This document shows, one piece after another, positions 26,356 to 36,585 of a stretch of DNA of 64,000 nucleotides. Position numbers and translations under genes: made by a program. The notes under the pieces were generated by a model. That model was not told where the DNA came from, did not search any database, and was given only the letters and a program-made list of their open reading frames with translations. Each line of letters starts with the position of its first letter. Position 1 is the stretch's first letter. Source of the DNA: Alphaproteobacteria bacterium (lineage in GTDB: Bacteria > Pseudomonadota > Alphaproteobacteria > SP197); contig OZ219917.1 of NCBI GenBank assembly GCA_964291415.2, forward strand, positions 480,001 through 544,000. Reading direction: 5' to 3'.

Positions 26356-27186
26356 TCACTTGCGCACGCTGTAGACGTAGACGAACCAGTAGACGAGACC
26401 GACAAGGACACCGCCTCCGACAATGTTCCCGAGAATCACCGGCACGAGATTGTTGATGGCGCCCGAGACACTGACAGCCGCGTCGGCAGTGCCCAGATCA
26501 TTGATCAGCAGTGCAAGCGTGAAGAAGTAGATGTTGGCGATGGAATGCTCGAAACCGGCGGCAACGAACGTGGCAACGGGAAGCAGAATGGCGAGGATCT
26601 TGTCCGTCGTCGACGCGGCGCCGTAGCAAAGATAGACCGCCAGGCACACCAGGGCATTGCACAGCACGCCGAGGAAGAAGGCCTGCATGAAGGGAAGTTC
26701 GGCCTTGGCTGCGGCGATACGCACGGCGACGCGGCCGGCCTCGCCGTTGTCGAGATGGTGGTGTCCGGCGAGGAACACCAGCACGGCAACCGCCACGGCT
26801 CCGATCGTGTTCCCGACGAAGACGAAGCTCCACGCCCGCAACAGAGTGCGGAGTTTCATGCGGCCGCTTGCGATCGACATGATCATCAGCACGTTGCCGG
26901 TAAAGAGCTCCACGCCTCCCAGGACAACCAGAATCAGCCCCAGGGTGAAACCGAGCCCGCCTGCCATGCGCATGAGGCCGAATGGAACGGGGTCGAGTCC
27001 TGTCCATATGGTGATGGCGGCCATGGCGCCCAGGCCGATGAAGGCGCCCCCCATGATGGCAAGGACAACGAGACGGGCAGGCGCCATGCGCGCCTTCATG
27101 AGGCCCACGTCCTCGGCCTTCATGGCAACGTCCTTCGGCAGAAGGATGGTCTCGTTGCCGAGACCCCCGCCTGTTCGGGCCATCAC
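26356..27186 (-). CDS. formate/nitrite transporter (FNT)
   Basis: ELFTGN, GVLCNALVCLAV, FVAAGFEHSIAN, LGNIVGG. Confidence 0.93.
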   Translation of the reverse strand: MMARTGGGLGNETILLPKDVAMKAEDVGLMKARMAPARLVVLAIMGGAFIGLGAMAAITIWTGLDPVPFGLMRMAGGLGFTLGLILVVLGGVELFTGNVLMIMSIASGRMKLRTLLRAWSFVFVGNTIGAVAVAVLVFLAGHHHLDNGEAGRVAVRIAAAKAELPFMQAFFLGVLCNALVCLAVYLCYGAASTTDKILAILLPVATFVAAGFEHSIANIYFFTLALLINDLGTADAAVSVSGAINNLVPVILGNIVGGGVLVGLVYWFVYVYSVRK

Positions 27187-27290
27187 TCCCGCTCCGGTGC
27201 CTGTTCGTCTATATTGTGTCCGACCAGTTCCGTATGCAACAGACCGGCGCTAGACAGCCGCCCCTACCTCGATCGACAACGGACGACAGG

Positions 27291-28103
27291 ATGCAGAACC
27301 GAAGCCGAGACGTTCAGACTGCCGGTGCTGTCCACGAGCACCTCGACCTCGGACGCTATCCCCTTGATCAACCCCGGCGCTGCCAGTCTCTGATCGACCG
27401 GTGTCGCGAGGAACTGGCGACGCTGGGACTGTGCAGCCTGCCGGGATTCGTCAGGCCGGCGACGATCACCAGAGCGGCGGAGGAACTCCTGCCCCTCGTG
27501 CGCGAGCAGTCCTTCTATCATTCCCGGCGCCACAACATCTACTTCACGGACACACCCCCATCCGTTGCCCCTGACCACCCGGCGCTGGCACTCCAGGAGA
27601 CCTCCGGCCGGACGGTGTGCGATGACCAGATCACCTGGAGTTTCATCCATGATCTCTACGAGTGGCCGCCACTCAGGGACTTCCTGGCCCGGATCATGGG
27701 AAAGCCCCGCCTTCATCTCATGGAAGACCCGCTCGCCAGGGTCAATGTCATGGGTTACCGGGCGGGCGAGGGTCTGGGATGGCATTTCGACCGCTCGGAG
27801 TTCACCACCACCCTTCTCATCCAGGCACCGCAGGACGGCGGACACCTCGAGTACCGGCCGGGTCTTGCCCAGGACGATCTCGAAGGCATAGCCAGCCTTC
27901 TCGGAGGCACGGATGCGGCAAAGCACATGCATGTGCAGCAGGCGGGGACCCTCTCTGTCTTCCGGGGCCGGAACACGGCCCATCGCGTGACACCGGTGGT
28001 CGGCGAGATCGATCGCCTGATTGCCGTCTTCTCCTACTTTGATCGTCCTGGCGTCCTGTTCAGCACCGAAGAGCGCCAGGGCTTCTACGGGCGGGCAGCC
28101 TGA
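27291..28103 (+). CDS. Fe(II)/2-oxoglutarate oxygenase, BesD/HalD-like fold, HxD hydroxylase type
   Basis: LGWHFD (HxD), FRGRNTAHRVT (distal His), RLIAVFSY. Confidence 0.75.
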   Translation: MQNRSRDVQTAGAVHEHLDLGRYPLDQPRRCQSLIDRCREELATLGLCSLPGFVRPATITRAAEELLPLVREQSFYHSRRHNIYFTDTPPSVAPDHPALALQETSGRTVCDDQITWSFIHDLYEWPPLRDFLARIMGKPRLHLMEDPLARVNVMGYRAGEGLGWHFDRSEFTTTLLIQAPQDGGHLEYRPGLAQDDLEGIASLLGGTDAAKHMHVQQAGTLSVFRGRNTAHRVTPVVGEIDRLIAVFSYFDRPGVLFSTEERQGFYGRAA

Positions 28104-29026
28104 TGCAGGGTTTTGTCGCCGTCAGGGACATCTGCTCCTTCAGCGAGGTCCGCGCACTCTCCAGGCGTTCGGATGTCAAGGGTCTGCTCCAGCTTGCCTC
28201 CCACCTTGGCGCGATCGCCGCCGCCTCAGGCCTGGTCTGGCTGGCATCGGGGACGTGGTGGCTCCTGGTTCCGGCCCAGGTCGTCCTCGGCATCCTGCTC
28301 ACCTTTCTCTTCTGTCCTCTCCACGAGACCATTCACCGCACGGCCTTTCGCTCGCGATGGCTCAACGACGCGGTGGCCTGGATCACCGGGTTCGTCGTCT
28401 TCCTGCCCTCGACCTGGTTCCGGTACTTTCACTTCGAACATCATCGCTTCACGCACATCGAGGGTGCCGATCCAGAACTCGACACGCCGAAGCCGGCGAC
28501 GCGCCTTTCCTTCCTTTTCTATCTGTCCGGCCTCGAGTCCTTCTGGTGGAATGCCTTGAAGACCCTGGCGCGCCATGCGTGTGGCCGGGTGACGGACCGC
28601 TTCGTGCCCGATGATGCGGCTCGCCGGGCCTGCATCCTCCAGGCGCGCCTCTATCTTGCGGGTTACATCGCGATCCTCGCCGCAGCCGTCTGGGCGACCG
28701 ATCCGGCGCCGCTTCTCTACTGGATCATTCCCCTGGCCCTTTCGGCCTGGTCACTCAGGCTCTACCTCATGGCCGAGCACACGCTGCTTGCCCTCGACGC
28801 CAACATGCTCGACAACACACGCACCATGAGGACCAACGCCGCGGTGCGCTGGCTCGCCTGGCAGATGCCCTATCACACCGAGCACCACGTCTTCCCGTCC
28901 ATTCCCTTCCACGCCCTTCACGAGGCTTTCGACCGCATCGCCCCGCGCCACGGCCATGTCATTGCGGGCTACCTGGCCTTTGCGCGCCAGTACTGGGCGA
29001 GCGTCTCACCGGAGCGCCGGCGATGA
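28103..29026 (+). CDS. membrane di-iron fatty acid desaturase family (MocD-like)
   Basis: His boxes HETIH, HFEHH, AEH, HTEHH. Confidence 0.88.
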   Translation: MQGFVAVRDICSFSEVRALSRRSDVKGLLQLASHLGAIAAASGLVWLASGTWWLLVPAQVVLGILLTFLFCPLHETIHRTAFRSRWLNDAVAWITGFVVFLPSTWFRYFHFEHHRFTHIEGADPELDTPKPATRLSFLFYLSGLESFWWNALKTLARHACGRVTDRFVPDDAARRACILQARLYLAGYIAILAAAVWATDPAPLLYWIIPLALSAWSLRLYLMAEHTLLALDANMLDNTRTMRTNAAVRWLAWQMPYHTEHHVFPSIPFHALHEAFDRIAPRHGHVIAGYLAFARQYWASVSPERRR

Positions 29027-30501
29027 CCTTTCGCGTGCTGACGGCCCAGTTCATGCACGAGACCAACACCTTTGCCTGCCTTGCCACCGACCTTGCCGCC
29101 TTCGAACGTCTGGTGCTGGCCCGTGGCACCGACGAGATCGCGTCGCGTCTCGAGAACACCAATACCGAGACCGCAGGCTACATGGATGCTGCCCGGGACC
29201 ACGGCTGGGAGCTCGTCTTCACCGTTGCCGCCATGGCCAATCCGCTGGGCAGGGTGACGGACGACGCCTTCGAACACGTTGTCGGCCTCATCACCGAAGG
29301 CCTGAAGCAGTCACGGCCCGTCGATGGCATCGCTCTGGCCCTTCACGGCGCCATGGTCAGCGACGCCCATGAGGATGCCGAGGGCGAAGTGGTCCGCCGC
29401 CTGCGCGAGATCACGCACGTTCCCATCTGCTGCACGCTCGATCTCCACGCGAACGTGGCCCCGGCATTCGCTGAACGGGTGGACATTCTCTGCAGCTATC
29501 TCACCTATCCCCACATCGACATGAGAGCGCGGGCGCGACGGGCCGGCGACCTCCTGCACCGGGCGATGACGGGTGACATCGCGCCACGGGTCTTCTTCAG
29601 CCGGCGTGCCATGCTCCAGGGCGCCGATGGCGGGCGCACCGATGTCGAGCCGATGATTGCGCTCCAGGCCAAGGCTGCCCGGCTCATGGCGAGCGATGCG
29701 AGAGTCCTCGACATCTCCATCAATGCCGGGTTCAGCCAGGCCGACATCCATGATGTCGGGCCGAGCGTGACGGTGACTGGTGACGGTGACGACCCGGTGT
29801 TCCAGGAGATGGCGGACGATCTCATGGCGGACATCTGGGAGACCCGGGACGTCGTCAACAACCGCTACCTTGACGTCGCGGAGGCCGCCGACATTGCCCG
29901 GCGCTTCAATCACACGGGCAAGCCGCTCGTCATTGCCGACTATGCCGACAACCCGGGCGCCGGCGCCTACGGTGATGCGACGAATCTGCTGAAGGCCATG
30001 CTCGACGCCGGCCTGGATGAGGCCTGCTTCGGCGCCCTCCACGATCCAGCCGCCGCCGCAACGCTTGTGGCGGCCGGTGCCGGTGCTCTCATGACCCTGC
30101 CGCTCGGCGGCAAGACCGACCCCTCCTTCGGTGGTCCGCCGCTCGATCTCTCCGGCGAGGTGGTCGCAACGAGCGATGGTGTCACGGTCCTTGACGGCCC
30201 GATGTTTGCAGGCATGACCAAGAGCTTCGGGCCGACGGCAGTGTTCCGCACCGGCGACATCGACGTGCTGGTGGTCTCCAATCTCATGCAGATCATCGAT
30301 CTCCAGCAGTTCCTCGCCCATGGCATCGATCCCCGCAGGAAGAAGACGGTTGCCCTGAAGTCCATGCAGCACTTCAGGGCGGCCTACGAGCCCATGGCCG
30401 AGAGGGTGATCGTCTGCGATTCGGGCGCCCTGGCGACGCCGGATCTCTCGCGCTTCACCTATCGCCACGTCCGCCGTCCGCTCTACCCTCTCGACCCATG
30501 A
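29023..30501 (+). CDS. M81 metallopeptidase (MlrC-like)
   Basis: HETNTF, LHGAMV, DLHAN, TYPHIDM, DNPGAGAYGD, KSMQHF. Confidence 0.9.
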   Translation: MTFRVLTAQFMHETNTFACLATDLAAFERLVLARGTDEIASRLENTNTETAGYMDAARDHGWELVFTVAAMANPLGRVTDDAFEHVVGLITEGLKQSRPVDGIALALHGAMVSDAHEDAEGEVVRRLREITHVPICCTLDLHANVAPAFAERVDILCSYLTYPHIDMRARARRAGDLLHRAMTGDIAPRVFFSRRAMLQGADGGRTDVEPMIALQAKAARLMASDARVLDISINAGFSQADIHDVGPSVTVTGDGDDPVFQEMADDLMADIWETRDVVNNRYLDVAEAADIARRFNHTGKPLVIADYADNPGAGAYGDATNLLKAMLDAGLDEACFGALHDPAAAATLVAAGAGALMTLPLGGKTDPSFGGPPLDLSGEVVATSDGVTVLDGPMFAGMTKSFGPTAVFRTGDIDVLVVSNLMQIIDLQQFLAHGIDPRRKKTVALKSMQHFRAAYEPMAERVIVCDSGALATPDLSRFTYRHVRRPLYPLDP

Positions 30502-31172
30502 GCGAACGTTTCGAAATTACCCGCGAAACCCTGATGGATGACCGGGTCTCACCTCCCATGCAGAAAGCGGTCGATGCGGGCCTCGTCACGCCCACGCCGG
30601 AAGACGAGCGGGAGCAAAACAGGCGGGACCACCTTCGCCGCCATCCCCGATCCGAAGACCTCTACGTCTTCGGTTTCGGCTCGCTGATGTGGAATCCCGC
30701 CTTCGAGGTCGCCGGCTCGCATCCGGCCCTGGTAAGGGGCTGGCACCGGCGCTTCAGTCTGTGGCTCGCCATCGGCAGGGGAACACCCGACTTTCCGGGT
30801 CTCTCGCTCGGTCTCGAGCCGGGCGGTTCGGTCAGGGGCATCGCGTTGCGCATCGCTGCCGACAGGATCGACAGCGAGACCCGCCTCCTGTGGCGCCGCG
30901 AGATGTTCGCCGGCGCCTACCGTCCGATCTGGGTCATGGCAGATCTCGGGGATCGCGTGGTGCCGGCCACCAGCTTTGCCATCAACCGTGCCTACGAGCG
31001 CTACGGGCACGCCATCCCCCTTGCCGTCCAGGCGCGCCACATCGCCCTCGCCGAAGGTCCGCTCGGCCCCTGCATCGATTATCTCGAGAACACCGTCCGC
31101 ATTCTCAACGCCATCGGCCAGACCTCCGGCTCCATGCACACGCTTCTCGACGCCGCCCGCGCATTGCGATGA
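30498..31172 (+). CDS. ChaC-like gamma-glutamylcyclotransferase
   Basis: VFGFGSLMWNP, GWHRRF, RGTPDFPGL, LWRREM, GPCIDYLENT. Confidence 0.88.
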   Translation: MSERFEITRETLMDDRVSPPMQKAVDAGLVTPTPEDEREQNRRDHLRRHPRSEDLYVFGFGSLMWNPAFEVAGSHPALVRGWHRRFSLWLAIGRGTPDFPGLSLGLEPGGSVRGIALRIAADRIDSETRLLWRREMFAGAYRPIWVMADLGDRVVPATSFAINRAYERYGHAIPLAVQARHIALAEGPLGPCIDYLENTVRILNAIGQTSGSMHTLLDAARALR

Positions 31173-31554
31173 CGGCACACGGCGAATTCGATCGCAGCAC
31201 CACATCCAGAAGCACGCCCAGACCACGTTCGCGCCCTCGGTGTCCGCATGCACGTGGGCCGCGTGCCGGCTCGGAGACAAGGGACTGCGACAGCCGTGCC
31301 CGGGCGACAAGCTTGGTCATGCGTTCCACGACATGGTGCGGGGTTCCACCTGAATGGCGGACCGGGCGTTGCCGGCCGGTATTCGCCGTCTGCGTGCCTG
31401 CCCTCCCGGCCAGCGATGAAGGCTGAGCAAATGCGCTGCTGCGGCGAGGACGGCACCGTCTCCTGTCGGGGGACGGATCAGTCTTTGCAAAGTGTGTTCA
31501 TGGGCCTTTCCGTCACGTAGTGTTGGTCGTGCGAAATGCAGGGGAGGTGCCGGG

Positions 31555-31962
31555 ATGCGGGGATCGTGTCAGTGCGGGGCGGTGAGATACGAGGTGACCG
31601 GCAAGGTGGATCATGTGAGCCACTGTCACTGCTCGATGTGCCGGAAACTGCATGGAGCGCTCTTCGTGAGCTTCGGTGGCGTTGCCCGCGACGACCTGAA
31701 GATTGAGGGCGGGGAGTTCCTGCGCGAGTACCGCAGTTCGGACGCGATCAGCCGCCGGTTCTGCGCGACCTGCGGCGGACAGGTGTTCGCCGAGACCCCC
31801 GGAGACGGCGACACGGTTTTCCTGTGCCTTGGCAACCTCGATCAGGGCGAGACGCCGGACCACGATCAGGCAAGCGAACGGCACATCTTCTGGGAATCGC
31901 GGGTGACCTGGCATGATCCTGGCGATGGCGCGGCGCGTGTCGAGGGCTACGGGGAGGCGTGA
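31555..31962 (+). CDS. GFA/CENP-V family protein, copy 1
   Basis: GSCQCGAVRY, HCHCSMCRK, RRFCATCG. Confidence 0.9.
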   Translation: MRGSCQCGAVRYEVTGKVDHVSHCHCSMCRKLHGALFVSFGGVARDDLKIEGGEFLREYRSSDAISRRFCATCGGQVFAETPGDGDTVFLCLGNLDQGETPDHDQASERHIFWESRVTWHDPGDGAARVEGYGEA

Positions 31963-32366
31963 CGATGACGACGGGAGGATGCCTGTGCGGCGCCGTGCGC
32001 TACGAGCTGACGGGAGAGATTCATGACTTCTATCACTGCCACTGCTCGATCTGCCGCAAGTGCCAGGGCGCGGTCTACCTCACCTATGCCAGCGTTGACC
32101 GCTCGGGCTTCCGCCTGTTGGCAGGGGAGGAATCGCTGTCGACCTACCGGACATCGCCGGCCTTGAGGCGACGGTTTTGCCGTCACTGCGGGTGCCATGT
32201 CTTCGGCGAGATGGGAGACGAGATCTCCCTCTCGGTGGGCACGCTCGATGACGGCGCCGATCCCGGGGGCCGCGAGGGCAGGGAACGGCACATCTTCTGG
32301 GAGTCCCGGTGCGGCTGGTACGAACCCGACGACGCCTTCGAGAAGGCGACGGAGTTCGGATCATGA
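31959..32366 (+). CDS. GFA/CENP-V family protein, copy 2
   Basis: GGCLCGAVRY, HCHCSICRK, RRFCRHCG; GTGA overlap. Confidence 0.9.
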   Translation: MTMTTGGCLCGAVRYELTGEIHDFYHCHCSICRKCQGAVYLTYASVDRSGFRLLAGEESLSTYRTSPALRRRFCRHCGCHVFGEMGDEISLSVGTLDDGADPGGREGRERHIFWESRCGWYEPDDAFEKATEFGS

Positions 32367-32764
32367 TGCGGGGTGGCTGTCTGTGCGGCGCCGTGCGCTT
32401 CGAGGTCGGCGCACCGGCGTCGGACCTCTACCACTGTCACTGCTCCATGTGCCGCAGGGTCCATGGCACGGCGTTTGCCACCTATGCGGTGGTGGCGCGT
32501 TCGGCCATGACGCTGACGAAGGGCGAGGACATGCTCTCACGCTATGAGTCATCTCCTGGCGTCACGAGATCGTTCTGCCGGCGGTGCGGTTGCCAGATCG
32601 CCATCGACGTTGCCTATCAGCCGGATGACCGCTGGTTCATGCCGGCGATCCTCGATGATCCGGTTCACCCCGGGGCCGGCAGCCGGGAGCGCCACATTTT
32701 CGTCTCTTCGAAGCTGCCGTGGCTTCACCTTGACGACGTCCTCCCACAATCGGAGGAGGCCTGA
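32363..32764 (+). CDS. GFA/CENP-V family protein, copy 3
   Basis: GGCLCGAVRF, HCHCSMCRR, RSFCRRCG; ATGA overlap. Confidence 0.9.
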   Translation: MMRGGCLCGAVRFEVGAPASDLYHCHCSMCRRVHGTAFATYAVVARSAMTLTKGEDMLSRYESSPGVTRSFCRRCGCQIAIDVAYQPDDRWFMPAILDDPVHPGAGSRERHIFVSSKLPWLHLDDVLPQSEEA

Positions 32765-32964
32765 GGGCCTGGCCCGGGGCATCACGAACCTGCTTCGATG
32801 AGACCGGCGTACCCGGCCTCACGGACATGGTTGCGACCGCCCGCGTGTTCGCCGGGACACTTCGACCTGGGGGAGCGGACACGGGTGCCGTCCGTCGGGC
32901 TGTTGCTTGAGGCGCATGGGGGTTACCATTCCGGGATGCGTGCCGAGCTGGGACAGCTGCTGCC

Positions 32965-33591
32965 ATGAAGCCTGTCAAAGCGAGTTTCGTTGCCCTTGCG
33001 GTGACCCTGCTGATGGCAGGATGCGCCACCACTCCGCCCTCGCAGCAGGAAAATGTGTGCGCGATCTTCGAGCAGTATCCCGACTGGTACGACTACGCTC
33101 GCCTCTCGGCGAGCAAGTGGGGCACGCCGGTGGACATCCAGATGGCTTTCGTGCGCCACGAGTCAAGCTTCCAGTCCGACGCGCGCCCGCCGCGCGAGTG
33201 GCTCCTGTGGGTCATCCCCTGGGGGCGCGTTTCCTCGGCGAAGGGCTACGCACAGGCTCAGGACCCGGTGTGGTCGGAGTACGAGGCAGAGCGTGGCTGG
33301 CTGTTTCGAAGCCGTTCCGACATGGAGGACGCGCTCGACTTCATCGGATGGTACAACTACAAGACCTGGCGCGAACTGGACATTCCCCGCACCGACGCGT
33401 ACCGACTCTATCTCGCCTATCACGAAGGCCGGGGCGGCTACAGACGCGGCAGCTGGGAATCGAAGCCGGATGTGCAGCGCACCGCCGAGCGGGTCAGGGA
33501 TACGGCCCGCACCTACAAGTCGCAGCTCGCACAGTGCGAGGATCGCTATCGCTGCGATTCCTGGTATCAGGTCTGGCCCTTCTGCAGTTGA
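32965..33591 (+). CDS. lipoprotein with SLT/lysozyme-like domain
   Basis: Lipobox LMAGC; RHESSF, SSAKGYAQA, LYLAYHEG. Confidence 0.8.
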   Translation: MKPVKASFVALAVTLLMAGCATTPPSQQENVCAIFEQYPDWYDYARLSASKWGTPVDIQMAFVRHESSFQSDARPPREWLLWVIPWGRVSSAKGYAQAQDPVWSEYEAERGWLFRSRSDMEDALDFIGWYNYKTWRELDIPRTDAYRLYLAYHEGRGGYRRGSWESKPDVQRTAERVRDTARTYKSQLAQCEDRYRCDSWYQVWPFCS

Positions 33592-33860
33592 CGGAACGCC
33601 TCCAGGTTCGCAGCATTGCCCATCGCGCTGACGGGTTGAGGCGTCGATGCACCGCCCGAATGGAGCGGACCACCGGGACGCAGGCGAGGAATGGCACGCC
33701 GCTGACACCCCGTCCCCGCGGATCGCGTTGAAGACCTCGCGAGGGCCGGTGCGGCGTCGACGGCAACGGGGGAACACCGCACCCTCGGGGAGACCACTCA
33801 CATTCCGGATCAGGCCCTGGGACCCCTGACAGCGCGCTGCCGTTTCCGCAGCACGTGCGA

Positions 33861-34865
33861 TCATGCGGTCTGTGGCAGGCCCCGCATACGGTGCGTGTGC
33901 TTGATGGAGTCCTCGAAAGCCTTGAGGCGTTTGTAGATCGAGATGAGCTCGACGATGATTCCCCATGAGTTCACGAGGAACTGGAAGGACGATTCAACGC
34001 GATCGAAGGCCCGCAGGATCTGCTGCAGGACGCCCAGCGTGATGATGCCGGCCACGATGGTGGGTCCCATCATGATGTAGGGCACGATCACCGAGAACTG
34101 GAGGTAGGACCACTTCGCGATGTCGAAGTAGAGGTAGTGCTTGAACAGGCGGAAGTAGTTCTTGCGCACGTTGGCAAAGAGCTCCACGACGGATTCCGGC
34201 TGCGCCCTGTCTTCGTGGTCCTCGCCGAACACCAGCTCCTTGCGGTAGGCGGCCTCCACCTTCTGGTTGTTGAATTCAAGACCGGGAAGCTTGATGCCGA
34301 CGATGGCGAGAAGAACGGTGCCGGCCGCCGCCGAAACGATGGCAAGCCAGACGAGCGAATGATCGACGGCGCCGATCCAGGGGAGTTCGGTGACGTGTTC
34401 GCTCAGCGACCACAGCAGCGGCAGGAAGGCAACGAGCGTCATCACCGAGCGCATGAAGGCCACGCCCAGACCCTCGACGATGCGGGCAAACCGCATGGTG
34501 TCCTCCTGGACACGCTGCGCCGCTCCTTCGATGTGCCGCACCTCGTGCCAGTAGGACATGTAGTAGTCGTTCATCGCCGTCCGCCAGCGGAACACGAAGT
34601 GACGCACGAAGAACTCGAGAAGCACGGCGACGACGATGTAGATGCCGGCAATTTCGGCGAAGGTGAAACACTTTCCGAGAAAGTCGGAGAACTCGATGGC
34701 CCCCGGTTCGGTCAGCGCGATCTGCAGGGTGTCGTAGAAGTCGCCGAACCACTCGTTGATCTTGACATCGAGCTGGACCTTGTACCAGGTGACGGCGAGA
34801 ATCGTGACGCTGCCGAGGATCGACCAGTGCAGCCAGCGCCGATTGGCAAAGAATGACCGGAACAT
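33861..34865 (-). CDS. sbmA: SbmA/BacA-like peptide transporter
   Basis: MFRSFF, VKINEWFGDFYD, FRWRTAMN, IEGAAQRVQEDT, EAAYRKELV. Confidence 0.9.
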   Translation of the reverse strand: MFRSFFANRRWLHWSILGSVTILAVTWYKVQLDVKINEWFGDFYDTLQIALTEPGAIEFSDFLGKCFTFAEIAGIYIVVAVLLEFFVRHFVFRWRTAMNDYYMSYWHEVRHIEGAAQRVQEDTMRFARIVEGLGVAFMRSVMTLVAFLPLLWSLSEHVTELPWIGAVDHSLVWLAIVSAAAGTVLLAIVGIKLPGLEFNNQKVEAAYRKELVFGEDHEDRAQPESVVELFANVRKNYFRLFKHYLYFDIAKWSYLQFSVIVPYIMMGPTIVAGIITLGVLQQILRAFDRVESSFQFLVNSWGIIVELISIYKRLKAFEDSIKHTHRMRGLPQTA

Positions 34866-34905
34866 GCATCGTCCCCTTCGCGTTCGTGTCGGGCGGGGAG
34901 ATACC

Positions 34906-36576
34906 ATGATCAGGCGAGACGGCACACGGATGGATGGACCCTGGCCCATCGACATGTTCACGCCGCCGGCGGATCGCCGGCCCTGCCGCCATCCCTTCAA
35001 CGGCGTCCTCGCCATCGACGGATCTGCGCTGGCGGCCAGCGACGCCTCGGCGCACGCCGACTTTGCCCTGGGTGGCGGCGTGACCCGGTTTCCTGGCGTC
35101 AGTCTCGCATTCCGGACGGACGGCAATGACCTCCTGCCGGTGCACAGGGTGCTGCACCGCCGGCCCGATCCGCAGAGTTACTGGGACATCATGGTTGGCG
35201 AGGGGTGTATCTGGAGGGGTGACGGTCCCTGCGATGTCGCATCGTTTCCTTTCCAGCTTTCGTGCGAGAGAGAGAACGACAGCCACCACGGGGTCGCCCG
35301 ATTCGCCTGGGACGGGGAGAGGGTGCGCGATCTTGTTGTTCAGGTGGTGACCGAAACACTCCCCGATCACGTTCCCGAACGTCTCGATCTGTGGGGTGTG
35401 GCAGAGGCGTCGTTCATCGAGGCGGCAAGGCCGCTGGCCGCTCCGGACCGCCACCATCCGATGCCAATTCACGACATTGCCGAGATCGCGCCTGCGGACA
35501 TGCTCGAGGCGCTGCTGGACGATCCGATGCGCGAGAGCGAGATTACCAGCGGCCTCGTGATCGACGGGCACATCTACACGACGGGGTTCGCCACGCGGCG
35601 CGGGCCCTACCCGTTTCCCCACGCGATGCGCTTTGGCATCTGGTCGGCCACCAAGGCGGCATTCGCCACCACCGCTCTCATGCGCCTGGCCCATCACCTT
35701 GGTCCCGGAGTTGCCGAGACCCGCATCGTCGATGTCCTCGACGTCACGGCGGATCACGACGGCTGGCGCGATGTCACGATCCGTCACTGTCTTTCCATGG
35801 CGACCGGTATCGGCACCGCGGGCGAAACCGGCGACATCCACGCCGACAATCTCACCGGACCGGAGTACGCCTCGGCAGACGGACCGGACGGCGCCTGTTA
35901 CCGCGCCTATCAGAGCTGGTACGCCGCCCGCAGCCGCGCGGACAAGCTCCGCGAGGCGTTCCGTGTGCCGTCCTATCCCTGGGGACCGGGCGTCGTGGCG
36001 CGCTACCGGGATCAGGACCTCTTCGTTGCCGGCGCGGCCATGGATGCGGTGTGGAAGCACAACCGTGGTCCGGATGCCGATCTCTTCGCCATGGTCGAGC
36101 ACGAGGTGCTGCGCCCCATTGGATGTGGTCCGGTGGACATCAACCGCACCCTCGAGGAGGACGGCGCCAGAAGTGTACCGGTCACCGCCTTCGGCCTCTT
36201 CCTCGGCCTTGACGACGTGGGGCGGCTGGGACGGTTGCTGTCGAATGGCGGACGTCACGAGGGGACGCAACTGCTGGAACCGTCCCTGGTGCGCGAATGT
36301 CTCGACGGCGCCATGACGAAAGGGTTGCCGACGGGGACGCTCACCGCCGACGGGAACGACATCACCTATCACCTTGCCTGGTGGCAGCTGCCGCTCGTCA
36401 CCCGGTCCGGTCGGACCATGAGAATCGCCACCATGCGGGGCTTTGGCGGTCAGATCATCCAGCCCCTGGCCAACGGCATCACCTGTTTCCGCTTCGCCCA
36501 CGACAGCGCGGCCAGCCAGGAGCGCTACGACGCCCTGATGCTGCCGCGTCTCGCCGACGCCCTGCGCGGGCTGTGA
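34906..36576 (+). CDS. serine hydrolase, beta-lactamase/AmpC-like fold with an N-terminal extension
   Basis: SxxK (WSATK), TIRHCLSMATG, RYRDQD, MRGFGGQ. Confidence 0.75.
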   Translation: MIRRDGTRMDGPWPIDMFTPPADRRPCRHPFNGVLAIDGSALAASDASAHADFALGGGVTRFPGVSLAFRTDGNDLLPVHRVLHRRPDPQSYWDIMVGEGCIWRGDGPCDVASFPFQLSCERENDSHHGVARFAWDGERVRDLVVQVVTETLPDHVPERLDLWGVAEASFIEAARPLAAPDRHHPMPIHDIAEIAPADMLEALLDDPMRESEITSGLVIDGHIYTTGFATRRGPYPFPHAMRFGIWSATKAAFATTALMRLAHHLGPGVAETRIVDVLDVTADHDGWRDVTIRHCLSMATGIGTAGETGDIHADNLTGPEYASADGPDGACYRAYQSWYAARSRADKLREAFRVPSYPWGPGVVARYRDQDLFVAGAAMDAVWKHNRGPDADLFAMVEHEVLRPIGCGPVDINRTLEEDGARSVPVTAFGLFLGLDDVGRLGRLLSNGGRHEGTQLLEPSLVRECLDGAMTKGLPTGTLTADGNDITYHLAWWQLPLVTRSGRTMRIATMRGFGGQIIQPLANGITCFRFAHDSAASQERYDALMLPRLADALRGL

Positions 36577-36585
36577 CGCGAGGGA

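Noticed and set aside
33600-33860. Possible IS5 transposase scrap (REVFNAIR)
   Set aside because: A single short motif with no ends or further similarity.
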